Shown in pieces: positions 38,525 through 52,297 of a stretch of 64,000 bases of DNA. Both the position numbers and the translations under genes were made by a program. The stretch is taken from positions 26,660,001 to 26,724,000 of the forward strand of contig NC_042997.1 of the NCBI RefSeq assembly GCF_006345805.1. Reading direction: 5' to 3'. This stretch comes from Octopus sinensis. Taxonomy: Eukaryota. The notes below the pieces were generated by a model. It was given only the letters and a program-made list of their open reading frames with translations. It was not told where the DNA came from and did not search any database. Within the stretch, counting starts at the first letter, position 1. Each line of letters begins with the position of its first letter.

Positions 38525-39554
38525 TCAGTGTTTAGCGATTTTGAAGATTGCGAAATAAATGATATTCAGATGGGGCAATATCCGGTGAATATGGTGAGTG
38601 GAGCATCGTTTCCCATTCAAATTGCTCCATCCTTTGGAATGACATCCTCACTGTATCTGACCGAGCATTATCCCCAGGGAAGAACACCTTTCGTCTTGAA
38701 AGCAAAGATGGTCGGGTTTTATTTTCTGAGCGTCGACTTAAGTCGCTCAAGCTGCTCGCAGTAGATCTCCTTTGTTATTGTTTGTTTGGGCTTAAAATTT
38801 CAAAGTGAACTAAACCTGTCATAACCCAATAGACAAGACTTTAGCCTGGGATGCCGGTGTTTCTCTTTTCCCTACCCACTGTCTTCGGCGCCTTACATTT
38901 TATACCGAACCCATTTCTCGTCACAAGTCACTATTCAATCTAAAAATGGTTTATTCGTGAGACCTGATAGCAAAGAAGAGCACACATTCACTTTCTGCCC
39001 GCGATTAAACTCGGAAGGTTTGTGTGGAACACATTGACCCCAATTTACTGACATTTCCGATGGCTGTCAGGTATCGATAAATGGTTGAATGACCAAATCC
39101 AAGCTTCTCTGCTAGTTCCTCAACAGTTACTATGGGATTTTGTTCCACCAACTTTTGCAAGACGTCCTCGCCGAGCTCTACTGATCTTCCAGGACGAGAG
39201 TCCTGTAATTTCCGGCTCGGAGTTTCTGGAACCACCGTTGACACTTGCTTACGCTTATTGTCCGATCCCCATATACTGCCTTAATATTCCTCGCACATTC
39301 CGTTGCATTGTTGCCTTTATTGAACTCATAAAGCAAAATATATTCAATATGACTCTTTGTCACTGCCATTATATCTTTGAAAAGTTAACTGTCAAAGTCT
39401 AACTGCACTCTTCAAAACTTGCACTAAGAATAAATACAAGGTAAAATTACTACTTGTTTTTATAGCAAGTTGATGCAGATAGTTTATCCCGTCCCCCAAC
39501 GACATTTAGTTCAATCAATTGAAAAAACCGCACTATTTATAGGATAACCCAATA
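38525..39554 (-). mobile_element. 3'-truncated defective mariner
   Basis: TA + TIR (rc tattgggttatcctataaatagtgcgg) at ~39525-39554; MAVTKSHIEYILLYEFNKG; IVTCDEKW; GDNARSD; YSPDIAPSEYHLFRNLQN; 3' end replaced by a SINE A remnant at ~38330-38520. Confidence 0.9.
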
Positions 39555-39576
39555 TATATATATATATATATATCGT

Positions 39577-39894
39577 AGCACTCCGTCGGTTACGAGGGTT
39601 CCAGCTGATCCGATCAACGGAACAGCCTGCTGGTGAAACTAACGTGCAAGTAACTGAGCACTCCACCAGACACGTGTACCTTTAACGAGTTCTCGGGGAG
39701 ATTCAGCGTGACACAGTGTGACAATGCTAGCCCTTTGAAATACAGGTACAACAGAAACAGGAAGAAAAAATGAGAGAAAGTTGTGGTGAAAGAGTACAGC
39801 AGAGTTCGTTACTTCCCCCTCCCCTGCCGGATCCTCGTAGAGCTGCAGTTGGTTTCGCTCAATAAACACTCACAACGCCAGGTCTTGGAATTCA
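39577..39894 (-). mobile_element. SINE family B, diverged and 5'-truncated
   Basis: Homologous to 23658-24042. Confidence 0.85.
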
Positions 39895-40010
39895 AGCCGA
39901 TGTATGTATGCATGCATGTATGTATGTATGTATGTATGTATGTATGTATGTATGTATGTATGTATGTATGTATTGAAGGGTTTAAGATGTATTGTATATC
40001 GATATCTATA

Positions 40011-40260
40011 TAGTGAAGGCGCATGGCTCAGAAGTTAAAGCGTCGGCCTTACAATCATGAGGTCGTGGGTTCGATCCCCGAACTGGGCTGTGCAGTGTGT
40101 CCTTGAGGAAGACACTTTATTTCACGTTGCTGCAGTTCATTCAGCTGTAGAAATGAGTTGTGACGTCACTAGTAGCAAAACCTTTCCTAAGACAACATCA
40201 GTGACGAGGAGAGGAGGACAGGTATGGTTGGGTGTCCACTGGTCTTCCTCAAAGAACCTT
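40011..40260 (+). mobile_element. tRNA-derived SINE with C-type head/core and a different tail
   Basis: A box tggctcagaagtt, B box ggttcgatccc, core gtgtccttgaggaagacactttatttcacgttgct. Confidence 0.75.
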
Positions 40261-41634
40261 GCCCTATGTGTATGTGCGTGTGTGTGCGTGTGCGTGTATA
40301 TTGATATATATATATATTAACCTTTTAGGCAACAAACTATGTTCGTAAGCCAAATGAAAGTGAATGTTATCGTTTGCTTTGGCAGACGATACAACTAATT
40401 CCTGTAACTTATAGGTATTGAATTCATGAATGATCTAGTGAGATAAAAATAAAGAACAATGAATATCATTAATGATATGTCTTGGATATGTGCTGCCTTT
40501 GTTGTTGCTTAACCTCGGCAGAATAACCATATTTGCCTCTTGAATACGTGTCGCATACGTAGATAAGAAATGACCTTAATGACCAGGAATTAGGTCAATC
40601 CTCTATCTAATCTTTTTGAATTAAATCTTTATAAGCACTTAAAGAATATATCCTTATATTCGATCTGTGTATTGACTGAAGAGAGACTGATTGATTTTCG
40701 TGCTTGGAATTTTGAAGAAGTGTTGATTAAGCTTCTGTACATCTTAGAATAAATATTTATTTGCCTAACTGCTCGATAGAACAAATTTCAATCAGAATTT
40801 TCGCTTACCAATTACTTTCGAAAATATTTCTTCGTTTTTTTTTATTACCGACTTCCAGTGCGCTTTGTGTATATGCCATACTGTTTTTCTATACTGCGTG
40901 TCGTTTTTGATACATGAAAGAATATATCTACTGCCATAAATCTCTTTCGATCAGAACTCTTGAATGCGTGCCGTTATTTATATGATTCATATTTCTCATT
41001 TCTCCGTTGTTTTCATTTCATTTCAACTATCAATCGTTGCTAATTAATCTACATTGAATATATATATTTCATAAATCTCATCTTGAGTTTATTGTGCAGA
41101 TAAAAATTTCCTCCCCATTAACTTTAATTTCAATCCGTACACATTACAAAATTAATGAGAGCTTTGGGAGTGTTTCTATATTTTCTATATATTTTGATGA
41201 ACTGACTGCTAGTAGATGTTTAGGAATACAATTAATGATAAGATCAAATTAAACATTCAACTTTCTGTGATCAAAATTAAATTTTAATTGACAACATCAT
41301 AATGAAATAAGCCATGCAATCAAGCTCCACCATTTTCTTGAGTTGAGTTTGGAGCATATGATGATTAATTGTGAATATTTATTAGTTCTATAAATATATC
41401 TAATCCATAATGAACATTGTTATTAACAATATTTAATTGAAAATATTTTGAAGTGAGAACCAGCTACAGGATTAATAACAGAATAAATGTCGATATAAGG
41501 AATAAACTTTCGTTTGTGGAACTAATGAGGAGGTTTCTATGCCTCTGCTCGATCAGTTTGACATAGATGCTAAATCTTCCTCAAAATCCTTTTCAGAAAA
41601 TTTGAAACATTTTATACAGTGTATACAATTCATA

Positions 41635-42044
41635 GGCGCAGAGGTGGCTGTGTGGTAAGTAGCTTGCTAACCAACCACATGGTTCCGGGTTCAGTCCCAC
41701 TGCGTGGCACCTTGGGCAAGTGTCTTCTGCTATAGCCTCGGACCGACCAAAGCCTTGTGAGTGGATTTGGTAGACGGAAACTGAAAGAAGCCTGTCGTAT
41801 ATATGTATATATATATGTATGTGTGTGTATATGTTTGTGTGTCTGTGTTTGTCCCCCTAGCATTGCTTGACAACCGATGCCGGTGTGTTTACGTCCCCGT
41901 CACTTAGCGGTTCGGCAAAAGAGACCGATAGAATAAGTACTGGGCTTACAAAGAATAAGTCCCGGGGTCGATTTGCTCGACTAAAGGCGGTGCTCCAGCA
42001 TGGCCGCAGTCAAATGACTGAAACAAGTAAAAGAGTAAAAGAGT
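41635..42044 (+). mobile_element. SINE family A, young full-length copy
   Basis: Near-identical to 1587 and 43408. Confidence 0.92.
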
Positions 42045-42230
42045 AATGAGAGTGTAATCATAGATACGCTATACCCATACAAATGGATTACATCTGAAAC
42101 GGCCTTGATGAATTTTCTCCTTGAGTAAACTGGTATAAACAATACGTTTCACATACTAGAGGGATCCTGCACGTTAACACTTGATCTCATGTTACTTTAA
42201 AAGGACACATGGCAATATTATCAATGCATA

Positions 42231-42848
42231 TAAGGCGGCGAGCTAGTACAATCGTTTGTGGAGGCGCAATGGCCCAGTGGTTAGGGCAGCGGACTCGCGG
42301 TCATAGGATCGCGGTTTCGATTCCCAGACCGGGCGTTGTGAGTGTTTATTGAGCGAAAACACCTAAAGCTCCACGAGGCTCCGGCAGGGATGGTGGTGAT
42401 CCCTGCTGTACTTTTTCACCACAACTTTCTCTCACTCTTACTTCCTGTTTCTGTTGTACCTGTATTTCAAAGGGCCGGCCTTGTCACTATCTGTGTCACG
42501 CTGAATATCCCCGAGAACTACGTTAAGGGTACACGTGTCTGTGGAGTGCTCAGTCGCTTACACGTTAATTTCACGAGCAGGCTGTTCCGTTGATCGGATC
42601 AGCCGGAATCCTCATCGTCGTAACCGACGGAGTGCTTCCATCCATCCAGTACAATCGTTAGTATAACCGACTTAATGCTTAACACCATTTCGTCCGTCTT
42701 TTCGTTCTGTGTTCGAATTCTACCGGAGTCGACTTCCTATTTAGGGGTCGATAAAATAAATACCATTTGAACACTGGGGTTGATGTAATCGACTAAATTC
42801 TTCCACCAAAACTGCTGGCCTTGTGCCAAAATTTGAAACCAATATTAC
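42231..42848 (+). mobile_element. family R SINE interrupted by a family B SINE
   Basis: R head 42231-42256 resumes at 42660. Confidence 0.85.
42257..42647 (+). mobile_element. SINE family B, nested
   Basis: TSD agtacaatcgtt at 42245-42256 and 42648-42659. Confidence 0.92.
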
Positions 42849-43407
42849 CAATTCATATAATACAATATGAAAAGTAAATGAAACAAAATAAAAAAGAAAT
42901 TAAAATCATGGCTGTTTTCTTTCGTTACTGATTTCATGCTTAAAATCATTTTCCCAGTATTATATTCTATAGCACATGTAGTATACATTTTATGTCATGA
43001 TAGAATTTTGGAAAATTAATGCCCTAACAGAACTAATGAAAGAAAATACTGAACGGGGAATAAATTGGCATTTTTAAAATAAAACTTCATTGATATTTAG
43101 GAAGTTAATTAAAGTTGATTATTTATTCGAAAACGTAATTATGACTCGTCGTATCTGCTAACAAAAACGAATAGACTCACTTGAAACTATTTAGTTTTCA
43201 TTCTCTTTCATACACTATATTCCACAAAAGCAGTACCCTCTTAACGTATAGGAACACTCAGAACATTTCTGGGGTTCAACTGGCCTAGCATGTGCAGTGT
43301 TAATCTATGTATGCTGTGGTATATCTACAAAAGGGACCACGGTATTTGTTTGCCCAAGAGCCTTCAATATTGTTAAAATGAAACGGCAAAAATTCAGCAA
43401 TTTGCAA

Positions 43408-43820
43408 GGCGCAAGAGTGGCTGTGTGGTAAGTAGCTTGCTAACCAACCACATGGTTCCGGGTTCAGTCCCACTGCGTGGCATCTTGGGCAAGTGTCTTT
43501 TGCTATAGCCCCGGGCCGACCAATGCCTTGTGAGTGGATTTGGTAGACGGAAAAACTGAAAGAAGCCTGTCGTATATATGTATATATATATATATATATA
43601 TGTATGTGTATGTGTTTGTGTGTCTGTGTTTGTTCCCCTAGCATTGCTTGACAACCGATGCTGGTGTGTTTATTTCCCCGTCACTTAGCGGTTCGGCAAA
43701 AAGAGACCGATAGAATAAGTACTGGGCTTACAAAAAGAATAAGTCTCGGGGTCGAGTTGCTCAACTAAAGGCGGTGCTCCAGCATGGCCGCAGTCAAATG
43801 ACTGAAACAAGTAAAAGAGT
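43408..43820 (+). mobile_element. SINE family A, young full-length copy
   Basis: Near-identical to 41635 and 1587. Confidence 0.92.
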
Positions 43821-44361
43821 ATAAACCCACCAAAAATGATTTTAAATATTAGCATTTTTCGGAAACGGGATCTCTTAATTTGAGTTCCAGTTGGTGTGAT
43901 GCATGCAAAGGGATATTATTTCAATCTTAGAAGAATATTCTCCAAAATATTATATTGCTCATATTGCCGTAATTTTATTTACTTATCTAAAATATCCAAT
44001 CACTTGCAATGCTGATTTATTTTCTCTTTAAAATACTCTCCACCATACCTTCGTTCGTTAGAAATAATCGATATGTTTAATAACTCAAAATTTATGGGAA
44101 AATAATTTCTGATTTTATCTAATCTAAGTCGATGCACCACGCTCACACCCAGATGCATATACAGAGAGAGAGAGTGAGTCCCTGATATTTTGTTCAACAT
44201 GGTTATTATAAAGTATCGAATTCCTTCAGTGAATTACATGTGTGTGTGTATGTGTAAACTTTCATAAATTTGTAGTCAACTGAAAAGTATTCAATATTCC
44301 ATCACTTAAATGTTAAATTGCTTTCATGTATAACTTCACAGGAAAATAAACATTGATGTGT

Positions 44362-44401
<40 letters not shown>

Positions 44402-44989
44402 GTGAAAGCAACATTGTCAAATGGGTGAGAAATTAACTTCGCGACATCTATTGCACAAATGATATTTCTAATATCCTTGTGCCCATATAAATCTGCTAAT
44501 TAAAATTTGATAGACGGAAACTCATTAAAAGCCCATAGAATAGATAGTATTTGTTGATCAAAGCTAAACATGGGCATAGTGTGAGTCACGTTCTTTTTCA
44601 CTTGAGGATTATGTTAAGGATGCACTTATCTTTGGAACACTCAGGTATTTTTACAGTACCTCTGTGAACAAGCATTTCAGTAAACCGAAACCGCATCAGT
44701 CATCATCGAAACCGACGTGAAATATTTTTCACGCGTGTGTGTATATCTGAAATATGTGACAAACGTGATGCACTCAGATCTAAGAAAGATTTGAATCTCA
44801 AATTGATGCTTGAATCACCATAGAAATGTAATTATTTACTGCTTATATCTAATAATTCTGCTCTTTTATAGTTTTCAAATATTTATCATAAAATTATTTA
44901 TTTGCAAAGAACATTTTATAGCTTTGATTGCCTTAAGCTGAAGAAACGTTATTTTTCGTCCTGTTCAATAGCTGTTAGCTCATTGCACA

Positions 44990-45420
44990 ATGATGATGAT
45001 GAAGTAACATTTTTTTTTAGTGCTTAAATTTTTATGTTTGTTTACCCACACATCCCTTGTGCTGTTCAATGCTTTCATATCGTTATTTTGAGGATTTCTT
45101 GCTTCACCGCTTAAAATTATATGATGATCACAACGACGATGATGATGAGAAGGATGGTGCTGATGACTATGAAGGCGACAACAGTGTTTTTGATGGGACC
45201 AAGATAAAATTAATATTGCTACTGTTGTTGACCATGATGACGTGAAGTCAATCAATTTGGGGTAAGAGGTGAGTGAAAAGTAGGACATATGAGGATATGA
45301 ATGATGATGACGAGATGACGATGGTGATAATGATGATGATGATGATGACGATGATGATGTTGACGCCGATAATGACAGCGACAATGATGAAAACGATTTT
45401 GATGATGGCGACGAAGAGAT
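44990..45420. repeat. degenerate (GAT/GAC)n low-complexity tract
   Basis: Direct. Confidence 0.8.
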
Positions 45421-46262
45421 CCACGATAGTGTAAGGGGAAATAGATAGAATTTTCCAATATTCTAAATTATCAATGAATTCTGATTACAGTCCATCCCAT
45501 TTGCATTATTGAAAATATTACTGCCGTTGAATGATGATAATCAGCAACTTTGATTAACAATTAAGACTGAGCGAATATATAGAATTATGAGAGTGGTACT
45601 GATGCTGTGCTGTTGTTCGGCATGATCTGTAGAGCGCTGGACAAAATATTTTGTACATATACAGGAATGTTTTTAGCGACTGGGTTTGCCTTTCATTCAT
45701 TCAGGGCCGTTAAAATACACATAAAGACTAGCCAAATTGCTGGTACCATCCTAAACCGATTACAGATCTGTAGCTTCAAGCCAAACGTAGAAAATCATTA
45801 TATGATTATACCACATCTTTGCCTTAAGAGAAGTCTGAAAATCGCTGGTCAATAAGATAGTTATTTTCTTAATAGATTAAGTTGAACTATGTTACATAAA
45901 CACATAGAGTGAAATAAATCATATCCAATATCACAATGTTAAATTTCGATTTTCTACTTAGCAAACAACAAGAGTATAAGCTTGGGAAATGGCAATGACA
46001 TTATGGAAGATAATTCTTTCAAAGTATGAGTGAAAATGTTTTAAAGATCATAACGGAGTCTATCGGAATTTTGCATCTGCTCCATAGCTTGTATAAGTAG
46101 TTTCCTAATACTGACTGCCATGATCTTTATTTTCCATTGTTTTGCCTATTAGTGTGACGTATTATTTGTAAGAATATTAAAAACGTTCTGCCGGTTGTCT
46201 CATAAAATAAATCAAGAAGACTGTTTTTAATATGTACAATTATACACACACACACACACACA

Positions 46263-46389
<127 letters not shown>

Positions 46390-47109
46390 GTAACCTGAAA
46401 GACTATGCAATCATTTCTTCATAAAATGGGTGCTAATAACATTTTAGAGTTGCACAAGCTTACACATTCCTTGAGAATAATACTGTTTATGGAATCGATA
46501 CCAATGTAGTTCTGTTGCTTACGTCACTTTCTTCGGAAGGATGAATGAACGGACTGTCTGCATAGGCAGTTGAAGTAAAACCACAGTGAGACAAAACTAA
46601 CAACTAAAAACAGTATTCTTGCCCATCCTTATTTCTGTGAAGTACTATTGTGTTGACTCATTTCTCTTGCTGTTGTTAACGTTTCTGAAGATGCTGACAA
46701 TATATTTAAAAAGAAAACCGTGTTGCTGTAGAGTCGAATTCGCATAATTAGAGAGTAGAAAATATATAGCTCAACCCTTTTGTACCAATTCAAACACAAT
46801 GCAGAAACAAATAAGTCTTCGGTAAAATAGTTCGTCAAATATTTTTGGTATTCATCGTTGGTCACTACGCTGTATTCATGTAAAAAATTCTAGATGTTTT
46901 TCAGGCTCTGAACATCGAGATATATGCTAGCCTAATAATATAGTAAACCTAAGGTTTTATTGATTTGCAGCGTGCATATAGAATCTCTGGCGAGATGCAT
47001 CACTGAAGATGATAGGTCTGTTGACCAACCTGTCATTCATCTAATTTATAAACATAAATCCATTGATCCATTGGTTACTTATTACACATGTTCAAACGAT
47101 CCAGAATAT

Positions 47110-47168
<59 letters not shown>

Positions 47169-47529
47169 GGGAAAGGTTTCCTCATTAGTTTTATCATTTT
47201 TTGTTTTTATTAAGTATAGATTTTTTTAGTCTAGAAACTAAAGGTCGGATATTATAGATATCTTAGAGGGGGTGGTATTTGTTAGAAGCCAACTTAAACT
47301 TTGCCCTCCATATATAAAGCGTTAAAGTAATAACGGAAGGTACAGAAGGTGGGAATTCCATCGAATATATTCCATCTCTACAAATCTGGCTAATGCTTTA
47401 TCAAGAGAAATCAGCACTATACAGATCTAAAGCATGAATTGCCAAGTTGAAGTTAAGATCCCAAGGCAAGCTGCCCTGCGTTATTTCCGCCACTAATGCT
47501 CTTGAGCGAAGCAACATCGGTAAACTTAC

Positions 47530-47550
47530 CTTCACAATTGTTGTATAATC
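47530..47550 (-). CDS. candidate 21-nt micro-exon (phase 1: xLYNNCE; phase 0: DYTTIVK)
   Basis: Acceptor tttcactgttcctgactttAG and donor AAG|GTAAGT. Confidence 0.3.
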
Positions 47551-48324
47551 CTAAAGTCAGGAACAGTGAAACTAGATGAAATTGTATTGTGTGATTTGAA
47601 ATCATTATTTATATGGCACTCCGTCTCGCAAGCGGAGATTTCTGAAAAAGAAAGAATGAATAATCGACAAAGTTACAATACTCAGCTTTAAATCAATAGA
47701 AGCATACCAATATTTGTGGAAGCAATGTGAAACAATTCGGTGAAACAATATTGTTTGATAAGCCAGTTGTACTCTTTAAGTTATACGTTATATTTAATTC
47801 AATGTATTTTATTTAAATTCACGGGTTCACACATGAAAATCTTTTACAAGTCAACTTCTTCCAACTTTTTGTTGTATAATTCAATCGAATGTTTCCATCA
47901 AATTTGAGACCTTATGTCTATGGAATAAATCATTATTGAAAGTGGGACAAGCATGAAGGAAATAAACCCTAATCTAATTGATTCAGATCAATAGACATCT
48001 TTTTTTTATTACTATTCTCGATATCTCTTTGTTGATTTAATGGATTTGTCTTGAGATACATTTTGCATCCTTTTCCTCAAATATCTCTGTTCTGAATAAT
48101 CAAAACGATTCAACGAAGTGTCAAAGCAGTACAGTGTAATAAATGCAATATATGTGAATGTAAGTCCTATGACTCCTCTGAAGAGAAAAGGATAAAGAAA
48201 GAGGAAGAACGATATAATAGTAAGTGAGATAAAGGGAAATGTTACGGATGAAGAAATCCAAATAGTATTTTCTGTTGCGCTAATTCCGCTTTAGGTTATT
48301 TCTGCTAGAGTTTGACGATTTCAT

Positions 48325-48359
<35 letters not shown>

Positions 48360-48409
48360 CATACGCAAACATTAGAACCTTCACATATATAACTGCATAT
48401 AATGCATAC

Positions 48410-48791
48410 CCTCTTTTACTCTTTTACTTGTTTCAGTCATTTCACTGCGGTCATGCTGGAGCACTGCCTTTAGTCGAATCAAATCGACCCCAGGACTTAT
48501 TCTTTGTAAGCCTAGTACTTATTCTATCGGTCTCTTTTGCCGAGCCGCTAAGTTACGGAGACATAACTAAACACTTCAGTATCGGTTGTTAAGTGATGTT
48601 GGGGGGACAAACACAGATACACAACATATACACACACATACATTTATATATATGAACATATATACGACGGGCTTCATTAAGTTTCCGTCTACCAAATCCA
48701 CTCACAAGGCTTTATCCAGCCCGAGGCTATAGTAGAAGACACTCGCCCAAGGTGCCAGCCAGTACCATCATGTGGTTCGTAAGAAAGCTAC
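48410..48791 (-). mobile_element. SINE family A, older copy
   Basis: Reverse homolog with internal deletions. Confidence 0.88.
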
Positions 48792-48944
48792 AGATTTGTG
48801 ACACGAAACAAACTCAAACGCATATATATACATATGTATATGTACATTTATGCATGCGTGTGCGCGCGCGAATGTATGCCTTCACATATCCACTCATTCC
48901 CAAACAACCAGGAATGATACTGAAGTCCTTGTATATTCTAGTTG

Positions 48945-49327
48945 TGGAGGTGCAATGGCCCAGTGGTTAGGGCAACGGACTCGCGGTCGTAGGATCGCAG
49001 TTTCGATTCCCAGACCGGGCGTTGTGAGTGTTTATTGAGCGAAAACACCTAAAGCTCCACGAGGCTCCGGCAGGGGATGGTGGTGATCCCTGCTGTACTC
49101 TTTCACCACAACTTTCTCTCACTCTTACTTCCTGTTTCTGTTGTACCTGTATTTCAAAGAGCCGGCCTTCCCACTCTCTGTGTCACGCTGAATATCCCCG
49201 AGAACTACGTTAAGGGTACACGTGTCTGTGGTGTGCTCAGCCACTTACACGTTAATTTCACGAGCACGCTGTTCCGTTGATTGGATCAACTGGAACCCTC
49301 ATCGTCGTAACCGACGGAGTGCTTCCC
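48945..49327 (+). mobile_element. SINE family B, full length
   Basis: TSD tatattctagttg at 48932-48944 and 49330-49342. Confidence 0.92.
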
Positions 49328-49879
49328 TATATATTCTAGTTGATATGTTTACTTAGAATTATGCATGAAGTGGCAGCCGTTTGATATAGGGCTCTATTTT
49401 CCTATTAAATTATTTACATTGCTTTAAGACCATGATAACAAGGACCTGTTTCCTCATTGCGTGGATAATACTTATTATGTATATTCATTTATCTGTCTAG
49501 TTTCTCTCATTTTCGCTTATTTCTCATCTTTGTTTTCTTAAATATCTCTGTTAGGTACAGTGTATTGATGACTACATGATATCTGCCATTTATGTTATTG
49601 ATTGGAGCATATTAGATGAAAGTGTACAACCCTTTTAACGATATATATGAATTATGATAGGTTCTTTTGATAGGTTCTCACTCTTGCTGAGCACTGAGTG
49701 AGAAGATATATAATCAAAGGCGTTGTAGCATGAGCGTTTCTATTATTTTTCTTCAGGATCAGGTCACCTTGGACTTACATTACTCAGTGTTTTATTTCAT
49801 TTTAAAAACAAGCTTAATTTGTCAGAAATAAGGTTTCTCGATAATTTTAGAGGGATCTTGCATTGCTTAGTATTCTTTT

Positions 49880-50125
49880 GTGGAGGCGCGTGGCTTAGTG
49901 GTTAACGTGTTGAACTTATGATCGTAAGTTTGTGGTTTCAATTTCTGAACCGGGCCATGCATTGTGCTCTTGAGCAAAACAATTCATTTCACGTAGTTCC
50001 AGTCCACTCAGCTGTCAAAATGAGTAATCCTGCGACGGACCGGAGTCCCGTCCAGGTGGGGAATTTCTACGCCACTGAAACCAGGAAACCGGCATTTATG
50101 AGCCTGACATGGCTCGAGAAAGAAC
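49880..50125 (+). mobile_element. SINE family C
   Basis: Homologous to 22441-22680. Confidence 0.8.
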
Positions 50126-50625
50126 ATTTTAATATTCTTTTATTGTGCAGTCTATAAACAAGGCTCCAGCATGTGTGGGTTATTTTTTAAGTTTCTCTTT
50201 GTAAATATATATAAAAAAAATACGTTTTTGTCTTAATGAAAATTGTTATGTGAGAAGAAAGTTATCGATATAAATTTAAATCATCACCAGTATGTATTTT
50301 ATCGGCCCAGCAACGAAAGAAAATGATTCTGGCATGATTGAACCTCATAAAATAGCTAGCATCGAAAAGAATGTTGACGCTACTTTGTTGATGATACCAT
50401 GTAAAGGGATTTAACAGAATACCATAGGGCCTATACACGCTGATATACCGGTTCCCTAAATCAGCCATTTGTTACTTAATTTATAAAAGATGCCAGGTCT
50501 GGCCAAATCTCCCTCGCATGAAGTGAAACCTCGTTGCGTAACGAACTGTTACATCGATAGCATGCACAGTTTTTTCGTTGGTTTCATGATGAATATGCAT
50601 GAGAAAAACAATTCTTCTTCTTCTT

Positions 50626-50656
<31 letters not shown>

Positions 50657-50669
50657 TTATTATTATTAT

Positions 50670-50734
<65 letters not shown>

Positions 50735-51184
50735 TTCAATTTACATCTCAAAGATCACGCGTTTGTAATATTAACTGATGTTGCCTGCCACTATTTAAGA
50801 AGCTATTCATTCCGTATTGGCTGCAAACAAATGAAGCATAAAGTATTAAATAATCATCATCGACATTTTTGCAGACATTGACTTCTCAGGTAACACAATC
50901 TGTTCATCTGAAACAGCTTATGACAAGATCCTCCAACCGAATCGGAATAGCAGCCTCAAAACTAAGAAAGAGAATCCGAGCATATAAAAAAAACTAATGA
51001 CACAAACCATAATTATAGATTACAGAGCGAACTGCCTTTTAGCAGCTGCGCTGGAGACTGTACTTTATACAAGAGCGGCATCTGAACCCCTTCTAAATTT
51101 GCCACATTCGCAGATTGTGGTAACTGTCCTGGATATGAAGTGGGTGGGCTATGACACATTCATTTGAGGTTCTAGCCTGCGTCT

Positions 51185-51445
51185 GTCATCTCTTGTGAAA
51201 GGTCGGAGAGTCCAGTTTGCTGGACATTGTTATAGAGTTGAAAACGAGGCAATTTCTACTCTTCTCCTCTGGAAGCCATCTACTCGTAATACCAGAGGGC
51301 GCACACTCTCCTACCCTGATGTAATCTCCAGGGATACAGGCATCCAGCAACAGGACCTCCGTAATGCCATGATGGACCGTGAAGTCTGGCGTAGCATGGT
51401 AAATTCCATTGTCTCGACCACGGTCGAACAATGATGATGATGATA
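51185..51445 (+). mobile_element. RTE-clade LINE 3' end with (GAT)n tail
   Basis: RRVQFAGHCYR..LLLWKP..RGRTLSYPDVISRDTG..MMDREVWRSMV followed by (gat)n. Confidence 0.85.
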
Positions 51446-52297
51446 TACCCTGATTTTCATACTTCTCAAACAATGTTTCCATTTACCGGGCTACGTACAC
51501 AGTATGGTAGATGTGATGATCTGGAAAATCTTGCTGGGAAATGGTCTACCTCGACTTCGTTTAAAAGATGAGTGGAAAGCAGATATAAGATACGTCTGAA
51601 ACATTGTAACTGACGCTCCGTCTCTGGAGGCTACAACGAAACAGGAATTTCATTGGAGTAGATAAAAAACAAACTTTATTACAGAAGTAAAGCATACTCA
51701 ACGAAAAGATAAGTCACCAGGACACCACTAGCATGTGTCGCTTCAGTCTTTGCTTAGAGTTCAACTGTTTTCCTTGTGTTTTTCAGTATCAGAAGTAGTT
51801 ATTGGACGAGAAAACTAGTATATTGGGATTTTTCTTTATTCGTAGTCTCTCGCCTCATGACTAATACGGGGAGGCAATGAAAAATGACTCGAATAATCTT
51901 CATATTGATTCAAATTTTGGCTTAAAGTCGGTAAGTTCGGTAGGGAAGAAGACGGTTATATCGACACTAGTATTAAACTAGTACTTATTTTATCAACTCC
52001 GAAGCGATGAAAGTCAAAGTGGACCTCGGCGGAATTACCCTAATATTATCATTTGCCTCTCGGCAAATGATTATCAAGTTTCATAAGCCTTTTGGAAAGC
52101 AACTGTAAAATTGCTGGCACTTGAATACCAAGCTCTTTCTATTTAAATCCCTGAGTTTCAGGCTTTGACGATACAAATCTTTTATTTGTATTATACAACT
52201 TTCAGGCTCTTAGAGGGTGTTAATTATTTTTTTTCTACAGCTGAAGGAGATAATATTAATAATTGAAACACAATGTCAAAATTACTTTTCTATGATA

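Noticed and set aside
43262-43400. Plus-strand open frame with a hydrophobic stretch (GSTGLACAVLIYVCCG)
   Set aside because: Weak splice signals, runs into a SINE and no recognised homology.
46629-46865. 78-aa minus-strand ORF (MTNDEYQKY..)
   Set aside because: Non-ATG start, poor acceptor and no recognised motif; within chance expectation.
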